DNA from: Terriglobia bacterium
Lineage (GTDB): Bacteria; Acidobacteriota; Terriglobia; Terriglobales; Acidobacteriaceae
Assembly: GCA_963840665.1 (NCBI GenBank)
Contig: CAWIZO010000005.1
Coordinates: 200,820 to 232,819 of the forward strand
Direction of reading: 5' to 3'
Length of the DNA: 32,000 bases
Shown: piece by piece, positions 8,591-17,128 of the stretch
Numbering within the stretch: the first letter of the stretch is position 1
How the letters are laid out: every line of letters begins with the position of its first letter
Translations under genes and position numbers: made by a program
The notes under the pieces: generated by a model
Database searches by the model: none
The model's input: only the letters and a program-made list of their open reading frames with translations
Told to the model about the DNA's origin: nothing

Positions 8591-11500
8591 TTAGAACGTA
8601 ATCTTCGCGCCTAGTTGGATGACTCTCGGTCCTCCTCCGCCCAGGCCGGGATTGGTTTGGGCTTGGTCGGGAGTTTGCGTGATCAAGCCTTGTCCAGTGG
8701 ATCCCGGGACGACGAAGAAATTGGGCAGCGCGAAATTCGGGTGGTTAAAGATGTTGAAGAGCTCGGCGCGCAATTGCAGGTTCACGTGTTCGGCGAGCGG
8801 AGTGTTTTTGCTCACCGCGAAATCGACATTCCAGAAGTGCGGTCCGTAGATCGCATTGCGGCCGAGATCTCCAAATGTACCGAAGGCTGGTTGCGAGAAG
8901 GCCGCTCCGTTCAAGTATCCGACGACATCGGGCCCCGATTCCCAGTTGGAGTTGATGGGATTCACACCGGGAATTAGATTCGGGCGCTGATGGAAGTTCG
9001 ACGGAGTTGGGAAAACACTGGAATTTGCCGCGCTCGTGTCATTCGCGCTGACAATAGGGACTGGACGTCCACTTTGCGCGGTGACGATGCTATTTAGTTG
9101 CCATCCGCGGACGAGACGATCAGGTCCTGCCCGGAGCGGGATTTCATAGGTGAATGCTGCGGTGAAACGCTGGCGCGTATCGAAGTTCGAAGGCCCATGC
9201 TCGGCTTTCAGATTGTTCGAGTCTTGCGGCAGAGCGACAGTCGCGAAATTGAAGTCGATACCATCGGAGGCGTCGTCGAGAGATTTCGACCAGGTATATC
9301 CGGTAAAGCCGGAGAGGCCGTGCCAGGCGCGAGTGCGGAAAGTCGCTTGCAAGGCGTGATAGGTCGAGGAGCTGATAGTCGCGAACTCGTCGACGAAACC
9401 GTACTGGGGAAAGTTGTTGCGGTTGCCGTTGACGTCCGGCTGGTTGGCGTCGCGCAGGCGAACCAATCGGGTGCCCTTGCTGCCGACGTACCCCAGTTCA
9501 AGAGCGACCCCGTTGGTTAACTCCTGTTCAAGATTCAGATTCCAGTTCTGCACGTACGGCGTCGAGAGATTGCGCGGAGTGATGAAGATGTCGGCGCCGC
9601 TCGGCGGATAGGGCGGTGTGGGCAGCGTGAAGACCGGGCTTCCTGGATTGGTGCCGTTAAACGCGGTGGAATCGTAGTTATTCGCGAGCGATACGACAGG
9701 CTTAGGGCCGATGGGATTGGTGACCAAGCCGGCGGAGTTGGTGAAGTTCGCGATCAGCAGGTCTTGTGGAACGTAATCGTAGTAGATGCCATAGGCGCCG
9801 CGAATGACGGTCTTTGAGTGAGGGTTCCAGGAGAATCCGACGCGCGGGCCGAAATTATTGAGATCGCGGCGGTAGGCTCCCTTGACACCGTCGCTGCCAA
9901 CCAGCGCGAGATTTCCATCGGCTCCCAGATTCGATAGGAGATTGTGCGCTTCGCTGATGGGTCCAAAATATTCCCAGCGAAGGCCTAGATTGATGGTGAA
10001 GTTCGAGCGGGCGCGGAAATCGTCCTGAACGAAGAATGCGAGACCATTGTTGAACGTGGTGCGTTGGGTGTTTCCGGCGTCGGCAGATGGGAAAGTATCT
10101 CCGAGATAGAAAGCGGCCAGCGTAAGAGCGCCCTGGTCAGAGCATCCAGCGGGCACCGGGGTCAGTTGGCAGGCTGCTAAGTTTGCCGGGTCTTCGGCAC
10201 CGAACGAGAAGAGGCCGCGCTCGAGGTTGTCATTAAAGCTGTCAATAACAGCGCGGCGGTATTCGCCGCCGAATTTGATGGTGTGGCGTCCACGCAGCCA
10301 TGTGAAATTGTCGAGGATCTGGAAGGTCTGGCTGGTACGCCCACGGGGAATGCTGAATGCGGTGGCGCCAAGGTTATCGAACAGTCCGCTGAAATCAATT
10401 TCAGGCAGGCCTAACTTGCCGGTCCCGAAGTCTAGCGTCGGCGCGGAGAAGTCGGTATTGGCATCAAGCGAGCTGAACGAAGTGCGGTAGCGACTGTAGC
10501 CGAAGCGAATCTCGTTGATCCTGGTTGAACTCAAGGTTGACAGCAGGCTGGCCGAAACCAACTGCACGCGCGTCGGTGAAGTTTGCGCGAACTGCGACAG
10601 CCGCGATCCAGCACCGAATCCGAGTCCACCTAGAGGGAATGTCTGCTGGCTTCCCGCGTACGCGTAGCGAACGGAGAGAGACTCGGAGCTTTTGATTTGT
10701 TGGTCCACTTTTGCAATCAGGCTGTTCACACTATTCGAGTCGTGAACCCCGCCGACGACTGTGCCGGTCTGGCCATTGAATCCGGTGGCGGTGGGAAATT
10801 GATTAAGGATCGAGGTCAGCGCGGGGTTGGTGGGAACGGGCGATCCGCCAACAAAGCCTCCCTGTGCGACGATTTGCGCGTCTGCGATCTGGGTTGCAGT
10901 CGGGACGAGGAAGGTGAAATCGGAGGTGACGCGTTCGCGCTGTCCTTCGTATGCTCCGAAAAAGAAGGTTTTATCTTTAATGATGGGGCCGCCGAGGGAA
11001 GCGCCGAATTGGTTGTTGCGAAATTCGCTCTTAGGGATATGGTTTCCCGACTGATCGACAGATCGATTGAAAAAGTTACGGGCATCAAACAGATCGTTGC
11101 GCAGAAATTCGAAAAGCGACCCGTGAAACTGGTTGGTACCGGACTTGCTGATGATGTTGACGACCGATCCGGTATTGCGTCCGTACTCGGCAGGGAAATT
11201 CGCTTGCAGGTTGAATTCCTGGATGGCATCAATGGGAAGAATTGACGCCGGCGCCCCACCGATTCCGGTCTGATTGAAAGCCGAGTTGTTGAAGAAGGGA
11301 TCGTTATTGTCGGTCCCGTCGAGCGTGTAGTTGTTGGAGCGGTCACGACTGCCGTTAATGGAGAATTGCCCGAAGCCGCTCTGGATCGCGGCAACGCCCG
11401 AGGGTTCTACGGTCGCACCGGGGACCAGAGCGACCAGTTTGCCGAAATCGCGTCCGTTTAAGGGCAGGTCGGTGACGAGTTTGCGTTCAACGACTTCTCC

Positions 11501-11911
11501 AAGGACATCGCGGCTGGTATCAACGAGCGGCGCGGCTTCGTTGACGATAACCTGCTCGACTTTCTTTTCTAGTTTGGTGAGATCGAAATTGGCAGTGGTA
11601 TCGAGGCCCACGTTCACGATTACGTTTTGTGCAACCGGAGAGAGTCCGGCGGACTCGGCGAGGACGACGTATTCTCCGGCGGGCAATTCGGCGAGGACGT
11701 AGGCTCCGTCGACATCGGTGAGCGTGTCGCGAACCAGTCCGGTGGCGTTGCTTTTTGCAGTGACTTTCGCCTTGGCGATTACGCCGCCGAGCGGATCGAC
11801 TACGCGTCCTCGGATGGAACCGCGAAAGCTCTGCGCGAAAGCGAGGCACGACAGGAGCAGCGCAGCCAGCAGGACAAAAGAGATGGTTGCGAATTTCGGC
11901 GAGCTGTTCAT
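8591..11911 (-). CDS. TonB-dependent outer-membrane receptor with N-terminal carboxypeptidase-regulatory-like domain
   Basis: Part of ORF 8591..12007. I moved the start to ATG 11911, which is preceded by AAGGAA. The signal peptide is MNSSPKFATISFVLLAALLLSCLAFA-QS. A CarboxypepD_reg-like segment follows (GRVVDPLGGVIAKAKVTAKSNATGLVRDTLTDVDGAYVLAELPAGEYVV), then a long Gly/Asn/Ser-rich beta-barrel ending in an aromatic C-terminus (LGAKITF). Confidence 0.8.
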   Translation of the reverse strand: MNSSPKFATISFVLLAALLLSCLAFAQSFRGSIRGRVVDPLGGVIAKAKVTAKSNATGLVRDTLTDVDGAYVLAELPAGEYVVLAESAGLSPVAQNVIVNVGLDTTANFDLTKLEKKVEQVIVNEAAPLVDTSRDVLGEVVERKLVTDLPLNGRDFGKLVALVPGATVEPSGVAAIQSGFGQFSINGSRDRSNNYTLDGTDNNDPFFNNSAFNQTGIGGAPASILPIDAIQEFNLQANFPAEYGRNTGSVVNIISKSGTNQFHGSLFEFLRNDLFDARNFFNRSVDQSGNHIPKSEFRNNQFGASLGGPIIKDKTFFFGAYEGQRERVTSDFTFLVPTATQIADAQIVAQGGFVGGSPVPTNPALTSILNQFPTATGFNGQTGTVVGGVHDSNSVNSLIAKVDQQIKSSESLSVRYAYAGSQQTFPLGGLGFGAGSRLSQFAQTSPTRVQLVSASLLSTLSSTRINEIRFGYSRYRTSFSSLDANTDFSAPTLDFGTGKLGLPEIDFSGLFDNLGATAFSIPRGRTSQTFQILDNFTWLRGRHTIKFGGEYRRAVIDSFNDNLERGLFSFGAEDPANLAACQLTPVPAGCSDQGALTLAAFYLGDTFPSADAGNTQRTTFNNGLAFFVQDDFRARSNFTINLGLRWEYFGPISEAHNLLSNLGADGNLALVGSDGVKGAYRRDLNNFGPRVGFSWNPHSKTVIRGAYGIYYDYVPQDLLIANFTNSAGLVTNPIGPKPVVSLANNYDSTAFNGTNPGSPVFTLPTPPYPPSGADIFITPRNLSTPYVQNWNLNLEQELTNGVALELGYVGSKGTRLVRLRDANQPDVNGNRNNFPQYGFVDEFATISSSTYHALQATFRTRAWHGLSGFTGYTWSKSLDDASDGIDFNFATVALPQDSNNLKAEHGPSNFDTRQRFTAAFTYEIPLRAGPDRLVRGWQLNSIVTAQSGRPVPIVSANDTSAANSSVFPTPSNFHQRPNLIPGVNPINSNWESGPDVVGYLNGAAFSQPAFGTFGDLGRNAIYGPHFWNVDFAVSKNTPLAEHVNLQLRAELFNIFNHPNFALPNFFVVPGSTGQGLITQTPDQAQTNPGLGGGGPRVIQLGAKITF

Positions 11912-11987
11912 CGGCTGTTCCTTTGTGCTCAGTTGAGCCTTGAGTCTTCTTACACTTTCGCTCGAAACGGTGCAGTGACGTACTTCA

Positions 11988-12962
11988 CTACTGCTTCGGC
12001 CTGTCAATGTTGATCGGCACGGGCGGCTTGATGTTGTAAGTCGCAGCGAAACTCGCCTGATTCACGGCGAGGCCCAGGTGTCCGCGCGAATCGATGTACA
12101 ACAGAGGCTTCTTCAACGGGACATCGCTGAATGTGCGTACAAATGGAATGTTCAGTTCAGTCTTGCCGATGGTGATGTGGACGTTCTGTCCTCGTCCATA
12201 GCCGAGCTTCAGGAAATCGTCGCCACTGATGTTGGTCACCAGATTTCCGAAGGGGCCGTCGGTGGCGATGACTTCTCCTTGCAGGCCATGGTCGTCGAGT
12301 TTGGCGGCAGTTAAGTTGAGGCGAACGAGTTTGTTGACGTCGACTTCAGGGCCGACCTGGGTCCAGTCTTCACCGTGAGCTAAGTGGGCTCCGGCGGGAG
12401 AAAAGATGTCGCGCCCGTGGAACGTGGAAGACAGAGCGGCGCCGATCATCCAATTCGTGTTCGTGATTTCTCGGGCGGCTTCGAGACCGTCGCGGTCCTG
12501 GACCAGCGTCATAAGGCCGTTGTCAGGGAGGACGAAATAATGTCCGCGCTTAGACTTCACGATTACGGCTTTGCGCGAACTGCCGACAGTGGGATCGATC
12601 ACCACAACAAAGACAGTTCCCGGCGGATAGTAGGGCGTGGCTCCGTAGAGGAAGCGCGCTCCGTCGAGGATGGAGAAAGGCGTGACCTGGTGGGTGAGGT
12701 CGACGATGCGGAGGTGAGGCTCGATGGAGTACATGACTCCCCTGCAGATCGCGACAGAGTCATCGACTACGCCGAAGTCGGTCATGAAAACGATGGTGGG
12801 CGGAGGGACGGAGTTATCGGCGGCGATGGCCGGCAAGGCGAACGCCACGAGCAGAGCGGCAATAAAATAACAATGACACGGCGGCTGAGTGAGTGAGAGA
12901 GCATGATTCCGTCCTCGATCGCGACCAGGTGTAAAGCCGACAATTTTACTGGACTTTCGCAA
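11988..12962 (-). CDS. SAM hydroxide adenosyltransferase family protein (DUF62/SalL-FlA fold) with hydrophobic N-terminal extension
   Basis: Family motifs are clear: FMTDFG, VDLTHQV, VFVVVIDPTVGS, FVLPDNGL, SSTFHGRDIFSPAGAHL, DGPFGNLVTN and DSRGHLGLAVNQASFA. Upstream of the fold lies ..CHCYFIAALLVAFALPAIA-ADNS, which resembles a signal peptide or membrane anchor. The start is uncertain: the maximal ORF begins at TTG 12962 and there is no in-frame ATG before the fold. Confidence 0.85.
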   Translation of the reverse strand: MRKSSKIVGFTPGRDRGRNHALSLTQPPCHCYFIAALLVAFALPAIAADNSVPPPTIVFMTDFGVVDDSVAICRGVMYSIEPHLRIVDLTHQVTPFSILDGARFLYGATPYYPPGTVFVVVIDPTVGSSRKAVIVKSKRGHYFVLPDNGLMTLVQDRDGLEAAREITNTNWMIGAALSSTFHGRDIFSPAGAHLAHGEDWTQVGPEVDVNKLVRLNLTAAKLDDHGLQGEVIATDGPFGNLVTNISGDDFLKLGYGRGQNVHITIGKTELNIPFVRTFSDVPLKKPLLYIDSRGHLGLAVNQASFAATYNIKPPVPINIDRPKQ

Positions 12963-13097
12963 GAACGCAACCCGATTTCCGCCAAATGGCGAGGCGAGAT
13001 GCGCAAGGCTTCTAATTTCCAGTAAGCTTTGGATTGTAACCGCTCCAGGAAGGTCGCGGAAAGAACGATGGGTATCACGCCGAAAACTGCATCCGTC

Positions 13098-13103
13098 TAT
13101 AAT
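13098..13103 (+). promoter_or_regulatory. Possible -10 box (TATAAT) for the PPOX-like gene
   Basis: A perfect TATAAT lies 41 nt upstream of ATG 13144, with AGGAGG at 13133-13138. No convincing -35 element was seen. Confidence 0.3.
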
Positions 13104-13143
13104 CCTGTGGAATCATTCTGTTGTTTTTAATTCAGGAGGTGGT

Positions 13144-13542
13144 ATGTCGCAGACGATTCCGGAGAAGTATCGTGATTTATTCAGCAAGCGAGCGTTTGCC
13201 AGTCTGGCGACGCTGATGCCTGACGGATCTCCACAAGTAACGCCCGTATGGTGTGACTTGGAGGACGACCTGGTCATCATCAATTCGGCGAAAGGCCGGC
13301 AGAAGGACCGCAATTTGCGCCGGGACCCGCGAGTGGCGCTGGCGCTCATTGATCCGGAGAATCCGTACCGCTATCTGGAGATCCGCGGCAAGGTGGTGGA
13401 GATCACCGAGCAGGGCGCGGCGGCGCATATCGACAAGATGGCGAAGAAGTACCTCGACGTGGACAAGTATCCCTACGGTCAGCCGGGCGAAGTGCGAGTG
13501 ATGTACAAGATTCGGCCGGAACACGCCACCATGATGGGGTAA
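13144..13542 (+). CDS. PPOX-class (pyridoxamine 5'-phosphate oxidase-like) FMN/F420-binding split-barrel protein
   Basis: 132-aa ORF with a strong SD. The sequence pattern (FASLATLMPDGSPQVTPVW.., INSAKGRQKDRNLRRDPRVAL, YLEIRGKV) is typical of PPOX-class probable F420-dependent enzymes. Confidence 0.7.
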   Translation: MSQTIPEKYRDLFSKRAFASLATLMPDGSPQVTPVWCDLEDDLVIINSAKGRQKDRNLRRDPRVALALIDPENPYRYLEIRGKVVEITEQGAAAHIDKMAKKYLDVDKYPYGQPGEVRVMYKIRPEHATMMG

Positions 13543-13567
13543 TGACAACCACCGTTCCCCACTGATC

Positions 13568-14572
13568 ATGCGCAATTACAACCTTTGCTTGCTGGGATTC
13601 GGGAATGTGAATCGGGCACTGGTGCGGTTGCTGGACGCGAAAAGAAACGAATTACGCGACCGCGGGATCGAGTGGCGGATTACCGGGGTTGCCTCGCGAC
13701 GGTTGGGGTGGATTGCTGGCGAGGGCGAGGTGAATGTTGAGGGGCTTCTTCGTGGCGAGACGCGGACGGGGGCGTCCACGCCACACAACGCTCGTCAGTG
13801 GTTGAGTGCGGGGCGGGCGGATGTTTTGTTTGAGGCGACTTCGCTTGACCCTGAGAGCGGGCAGCCTGCGATTGATCATATTCGCGCGGCTTTGGAACAC
13901 GGAGCGCACGCAATCACAGCGAACAAAGGCCCCATTGTTCATGCGTACGATGAGTTGCAGAAATTGGCCCTGGCGAAGGGCAAACGGTTTCTGTTTGAGT
14001 CAACGGTGATGGATGGAGTTCCCATCTTCTCTTTATTTCGCGACAGTCTGCCAGCGATCCACCTGAAGGGCTTTCACGGAATTCTGAATTCCACGACGAA
14101 TGTCATCTTGAGTGGCATGGAAAAGGGACTGACGTTTGAAGCGTCTTTGAAGAGAGCGCAGGATTTTGGCGTCGCGGAAACAGATGCCAGTCACGACATT
14201 GAAGGTTGGGATGCGGCGGTGAAAGTCGCAGCGCTGGTGAGAGTGTTGATGGGAGTTCCGCTGGCGCCGGCAGAGATTCAACGACAAGGGATTGCCGGAT
14301 TGAGCGCTGAGCGAGTGCGCAACGCTCGCCGCGAAGGCAAGCCATTTAAGCTGGTATGCCGTGCGCGGCGGGCCGATCGCGGCGTCAGTGCGAGTGTGCT
14401 TCCGGAGCAAGTGCCGTTGAGTGATCCTATGGCTTGGGTCGCGGGGACGTCGTCGATTGTGTGCTTTGAGACGGATGTGTTTCCAGCGCTGACAATCACG
14501 GAGATTGATCCCGGCGTGGAGGCGACGGCGTATGGGATGCTGGCGGATTTTGTAAGGGCGGCGGAAGAGTAA
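13568..14572 (+). CDS. Homoserine dehydrogenase family protein (no ACT domain)
   Basis: N-terminal Rossmann motif LLGFGNVN. Catalytic-domain motifs are GILNSTTNVIL, AQDFGVAETDASHDIEGWDAAVKVAAL and GTSSIV. It is 334 aa long and lacks a C-terminal regulatory domain. Confidence 0.7.
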   Translation: MRNYNLCLLGFGNVNRALVRLLDAKRNELRDRGIEWRITGVASRRLGWIAGEGEVNVEGLLRGETRTGASTPHNARQWLSAGRADVLFEATSLDPESGQPAIDHIRAALEHGAHAITANKGPIVHAYDELQKLALAKGKRFLFESTVMDGVPIFSLFRDSLPAIHLKGFHGILNSTTNVILSGMEKGLTFEASLKRAQDFGVAETDASHDIEGWDAAVKVAALVRVLMGVPLAPAEIQRQGIAGLSAERVRNARREGKPFKLVCRARRADRGVSASVLPEQVPLSDPMAWVAGTSSIVCFETDVFPALTITEIDPGVEATAYGMLADFVRAAEE

Positions 14573-14659
14573 AACGTTTATGGCAGCGCTGAAGCACTAC
14601 TCTGCCCAAAAGCCGTTTTTGGCCTTTTCGATAAGCGAAGACAAATTAAGAGGATATCC

Positions 14660-15925
14660 GTGGCTACGACAACTGGAGTGACTACAAAATTGGATCTTGC
14701 GTGGATTCGCCAACAGTTCCCTTCGCTTAAGCAAACGGTGAACGGGAATCCGGCGGTGTTTCTGGATGGGCCTGGGGGAACGCAAGTTCCGCAGCGGGTG
14801 ATCGACGCGATCGGAGATTATCTCGAGCGGTCGAACGCGAATACGCATGGCGCGTATGTGACCAGCCGGCGGACCGACGCGATGCTGGATGAAGCGCGGG
14901 CAGCCATGGCGGATTTTCTGGGATGCGATGCGGATGAAGTTGTTTTCGGCGCGAATATGACGTCGCTGACTTTTGCCATGAGCCGCGCGATTGGACGCGA
15001 GCTGAAAACTGGCGACGAAATTGTGGTCACTCTACTGGATCACGATGCGAATGTTTCTCCCTGGCGCATGCTGGAAGAAACAGGCGCGACGATACGCTTC
15101 GTCGATGTGCGCGAGGAGGACTGCACGCTCGACATGCAAGATCTGGCGCGGAAGATCAATGAGCACACGCGGCTAGTCGCGGTCGGATACGCGTCGAATG
15201 CAGTGGGCACGATTAACGATGTGAAAGAAGTGGTGGGATTGGCGCATGCCGCGGGAGCGCTGGCCTATATCGACGCGGTGCACTATGCTCCGCACGGGCC
15301 AATCGATGTACATGCGCTGGATTGCGATTTTCTGGTGTGTTCGACGTACAAGTTTTTTGGTCCGCACATTGGAGTCTTGTACGGAAAACGCGAGCATCTG
15401 AAGCGGCTCCCGGCTTACAAGTTGCGCGCGAACAGTGACGACATCCCTTACCGCTGGGAGTGGGGGACGCTGAATCACGAGTGCATTGCCGGAATCACCG
15501 CATGTGTGGATTATCTTGCGGATGTGGGCAGACGGTTAAGCCCTGAAGTGCCTTCCCGCCGGGCCGCTTTGCAAGCCGCCTACGCTGAGATTCGTCAACA
15601 TGAGCGTGAGCTTTGTGAGCGGCTCGTGCGAGGGCTTCTTGAGATTCGCGAGTTGAAGTTTTATGGCATTCGCGATTTTAGCCAGTTTGACCAACGATGC
15701 CCAACGGTTGCTGTCAGAATTGCGGGACATACGCCGTTGGAGCTCGCGACGAGACTCGGCGATCGCGGCTTCTTCACGTGGGACGGAAATTACTATGCGC
15801 TGAACTTGAGCGAGCGCCTGGATGTGGAGAAGGATGGCGGATTCCTGCGCATCGGACTGGTGCATTACAACACCGGCGATGAGGTGGACCGGTTGCTCGC
15901 GGCGTTACGGGAGATTGCAGGTTAG
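14660..15925 (+). CDS. Class V aminotransferase, cysteine desulfurase-like PLP enzyme
   Basis: GTG start after AAGAGGA. The sequence is typical of the cysteine desulfurase-like (SufS/CsdA-related) family: FLDGPGGTQVP, ANTHG, DAVHYAPH and CSTYKFFGPH (the PLP lysine region). Confidence 0.75.
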   Translation: MATTTGVTTKLDLAWIRQQFPSLKQTVNGNPAVFLDGPGGTQVPQRVIDAIGDYLERSNANTHGAYVTSRRTDAMLDEARAAMADFLGCDADEVVFGANMTSLTFAMSRAIGRELKTGDEIVVTLLDHDANVSPWRMLEETGATIRFVDVREEDCTLDMQDLARKINEHTRLVAVGYASNAVGTINDVKEVVGLAHAAGALAYIDAVHYAPHGPIDVHALDCDFLVCSTYKFFGPHIGVLYGKREHLKRLPAYKLRANSDDIPYRWEWGTLNHECIAGITACVDYLADVGRRLSPEVPSRRAALQAAYAEIRQHERELCERLVRGLLEIRELKFYGIRDFSQFDQRCPTVAVRIAGHTPLELATRLGDRGFFTWDGNYYALNLSERLDVEKDGGFLRIGLVHYNTGDEVDRLLAALREIAG

Positions 15926-15978
15926 GCTTTCAAGTGTCAGACGGACGAGTACGTCCATCCTCCATCGAAAACTAACTC

Positions 15979-17088
15979 ATGAATCGACGAACATTTTTGT
16001 GGAAGGCCGCGCAGGCCGGGGTGCTCTTAAGGCTGGCATCGGCGAATCTGTTCGCGAAACAAGCCGATCCGATTCCCCCGGCGTTGATCGAAAGCTACCG
16101 CAAATGGCTGGTGATCGACGCGCTGGCCGGCATCAATCTCGACGACCTTCCCATCAAGCAGCAGGTGTTGCAGCAGGCGCTCGACTCGGGTGTGACCGGA
16201 ATCAACTGGACGGTTTCGAGTCCGGATTACGAGTCCACCGTGGATGCCATTTCGTTTGTGGAAGGCCTGGTTGAGAGTGAGCCGACGCACTTCATGATCG
16301 TGCGACAGCAAGAGGATCTGGAGCAGGCCAAGCAAAAAAACAAGATCGGGATCATTCTGGGCTTTCAACATCCACAACCGATCGAGCCAGATTTGAAGCG
16401 CATTGCGACGTTCCGCCGGCTCGGGGTGCGAGTGATGCAACTCACCTACAACAAACGCGGGGTCTATGGCGACGGTTGCCTGGAACCAGCCAACGCCGGT
16501 TTGAGCAAGGCTGGGCACGCAGCGGTCGCTCGCATGAATGCCCTGGGAGTGGCTGTCGATCTGTCGCATTGCGGGCAGCGGACAACTGCCGAAGGAATCG
16601 AGGCGTCTTCAAAGCCGGTGGTCATTACACACGCAGGATGCAGCGCGGTGCACAAGCATCCACGGAATAAGGATGACCGTGAACTGCGGGCGATGGCCGA
16701 TCGGGGCGGAGTGGTGGGAATCTACTTTATGCCTTACCTGGTGGCCAGCCCTACGCCGCCAACGCGTCAGCACGTGATTGAGCATCTGGACCACGCGCTC
16801 AAGGTGTGCGGCACCGAACATGTGGGCATCGGCAGCGACGGGGTGCTCGACTCATTTCCGGACACCGTAGAGCAGCGCAAAGCATTCGCGGCCGATATGG
16901 CGAACCGTAAGAAGCTTGGAATTGCGGCACCCGAAGAGGATCGCCCTCCGTTTTCGCCCGATTTGAACACACCCCAGCGCATGGAGATCGTCGCAGCCGG
17001 TCTACAGAAAAAAGGTTATTCAGAAGAAGTGATTGAAAATGTAATGGGGAAAAACTTTTATCGGGTGTTTGGGGAGATTTGGAGCTAG
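15979..17088 (+). CDS. Membrane dipeptidase (peptidase M19 family) with twin-arginine signal
   Basis: MNRRTFLWKAAQAGVLLRLASANLFA contains an RR-x-FL Tat motif. M19-type motifs are DLSHCG, PVVITHAG, GGVVGIYF and HVGIGSDG. The N-terminal metal-binding region departs from the classical DGHND motif. Confidence 0.7.
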   Translation: MNRRTFLWKAAQAGVLLRLASANLFAKQADPIPPALIESYRKWLVIDALAGINLDDLPIKQQVLQQALDSGVTGINWTVSSPDYESTVDAISFVEGLVESEPTHFMIVRQQEDLEQAKQKNKIGIILGFQHPQPIEPDLKRIATFRRLGVRVMQLTYNKRGVYGDGCLEPANAGLSKAGHAAVARMNALGVAVDLSHCGQRTTAEGIEASSKPVVITHAGCSAVHKHPRNKDDRELRAMADRGGVVGIYFMPYLVASPTPPTRQHVIEHLDHALKVCGTEHVGIGSDGVLDSFPDTVEQRKAFAADMANRKKLGIAAPEEDRPPFSPDLNTPQRMEIVAAGLQKKGYSEEVIENVMGKNFYRVFGEIWS

Positions 17089-17128
17089 CACTCAGCACTC
17101 AGAGAGTGAATGCGGCCTGGTAGTTCCG

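Noticed and set aside
11912-12007. Longer N-terminus of the TonB-dependent receptor ORF, overlapping the DUF62 stop by 20 nt
   Set aside because: The extension (MTGRSSSEVRHCTVSSESVRRLKAQLSTKEQP) precedes a textbook signal peptide that starts at ATG 11911 and has its own AAGGAA SD. The shorter start is much more plausible.
14581-14596. Sigma-54-like TGGCAGCGCTGAAGCA upstream of the class V PLP enzyme gene
   Set aside because: The GG/GC spacing is correct, but the -12 element lacks the TT of TTGC. The site is also followed immediately by a terminator-like stem. It is too weak to call without data.
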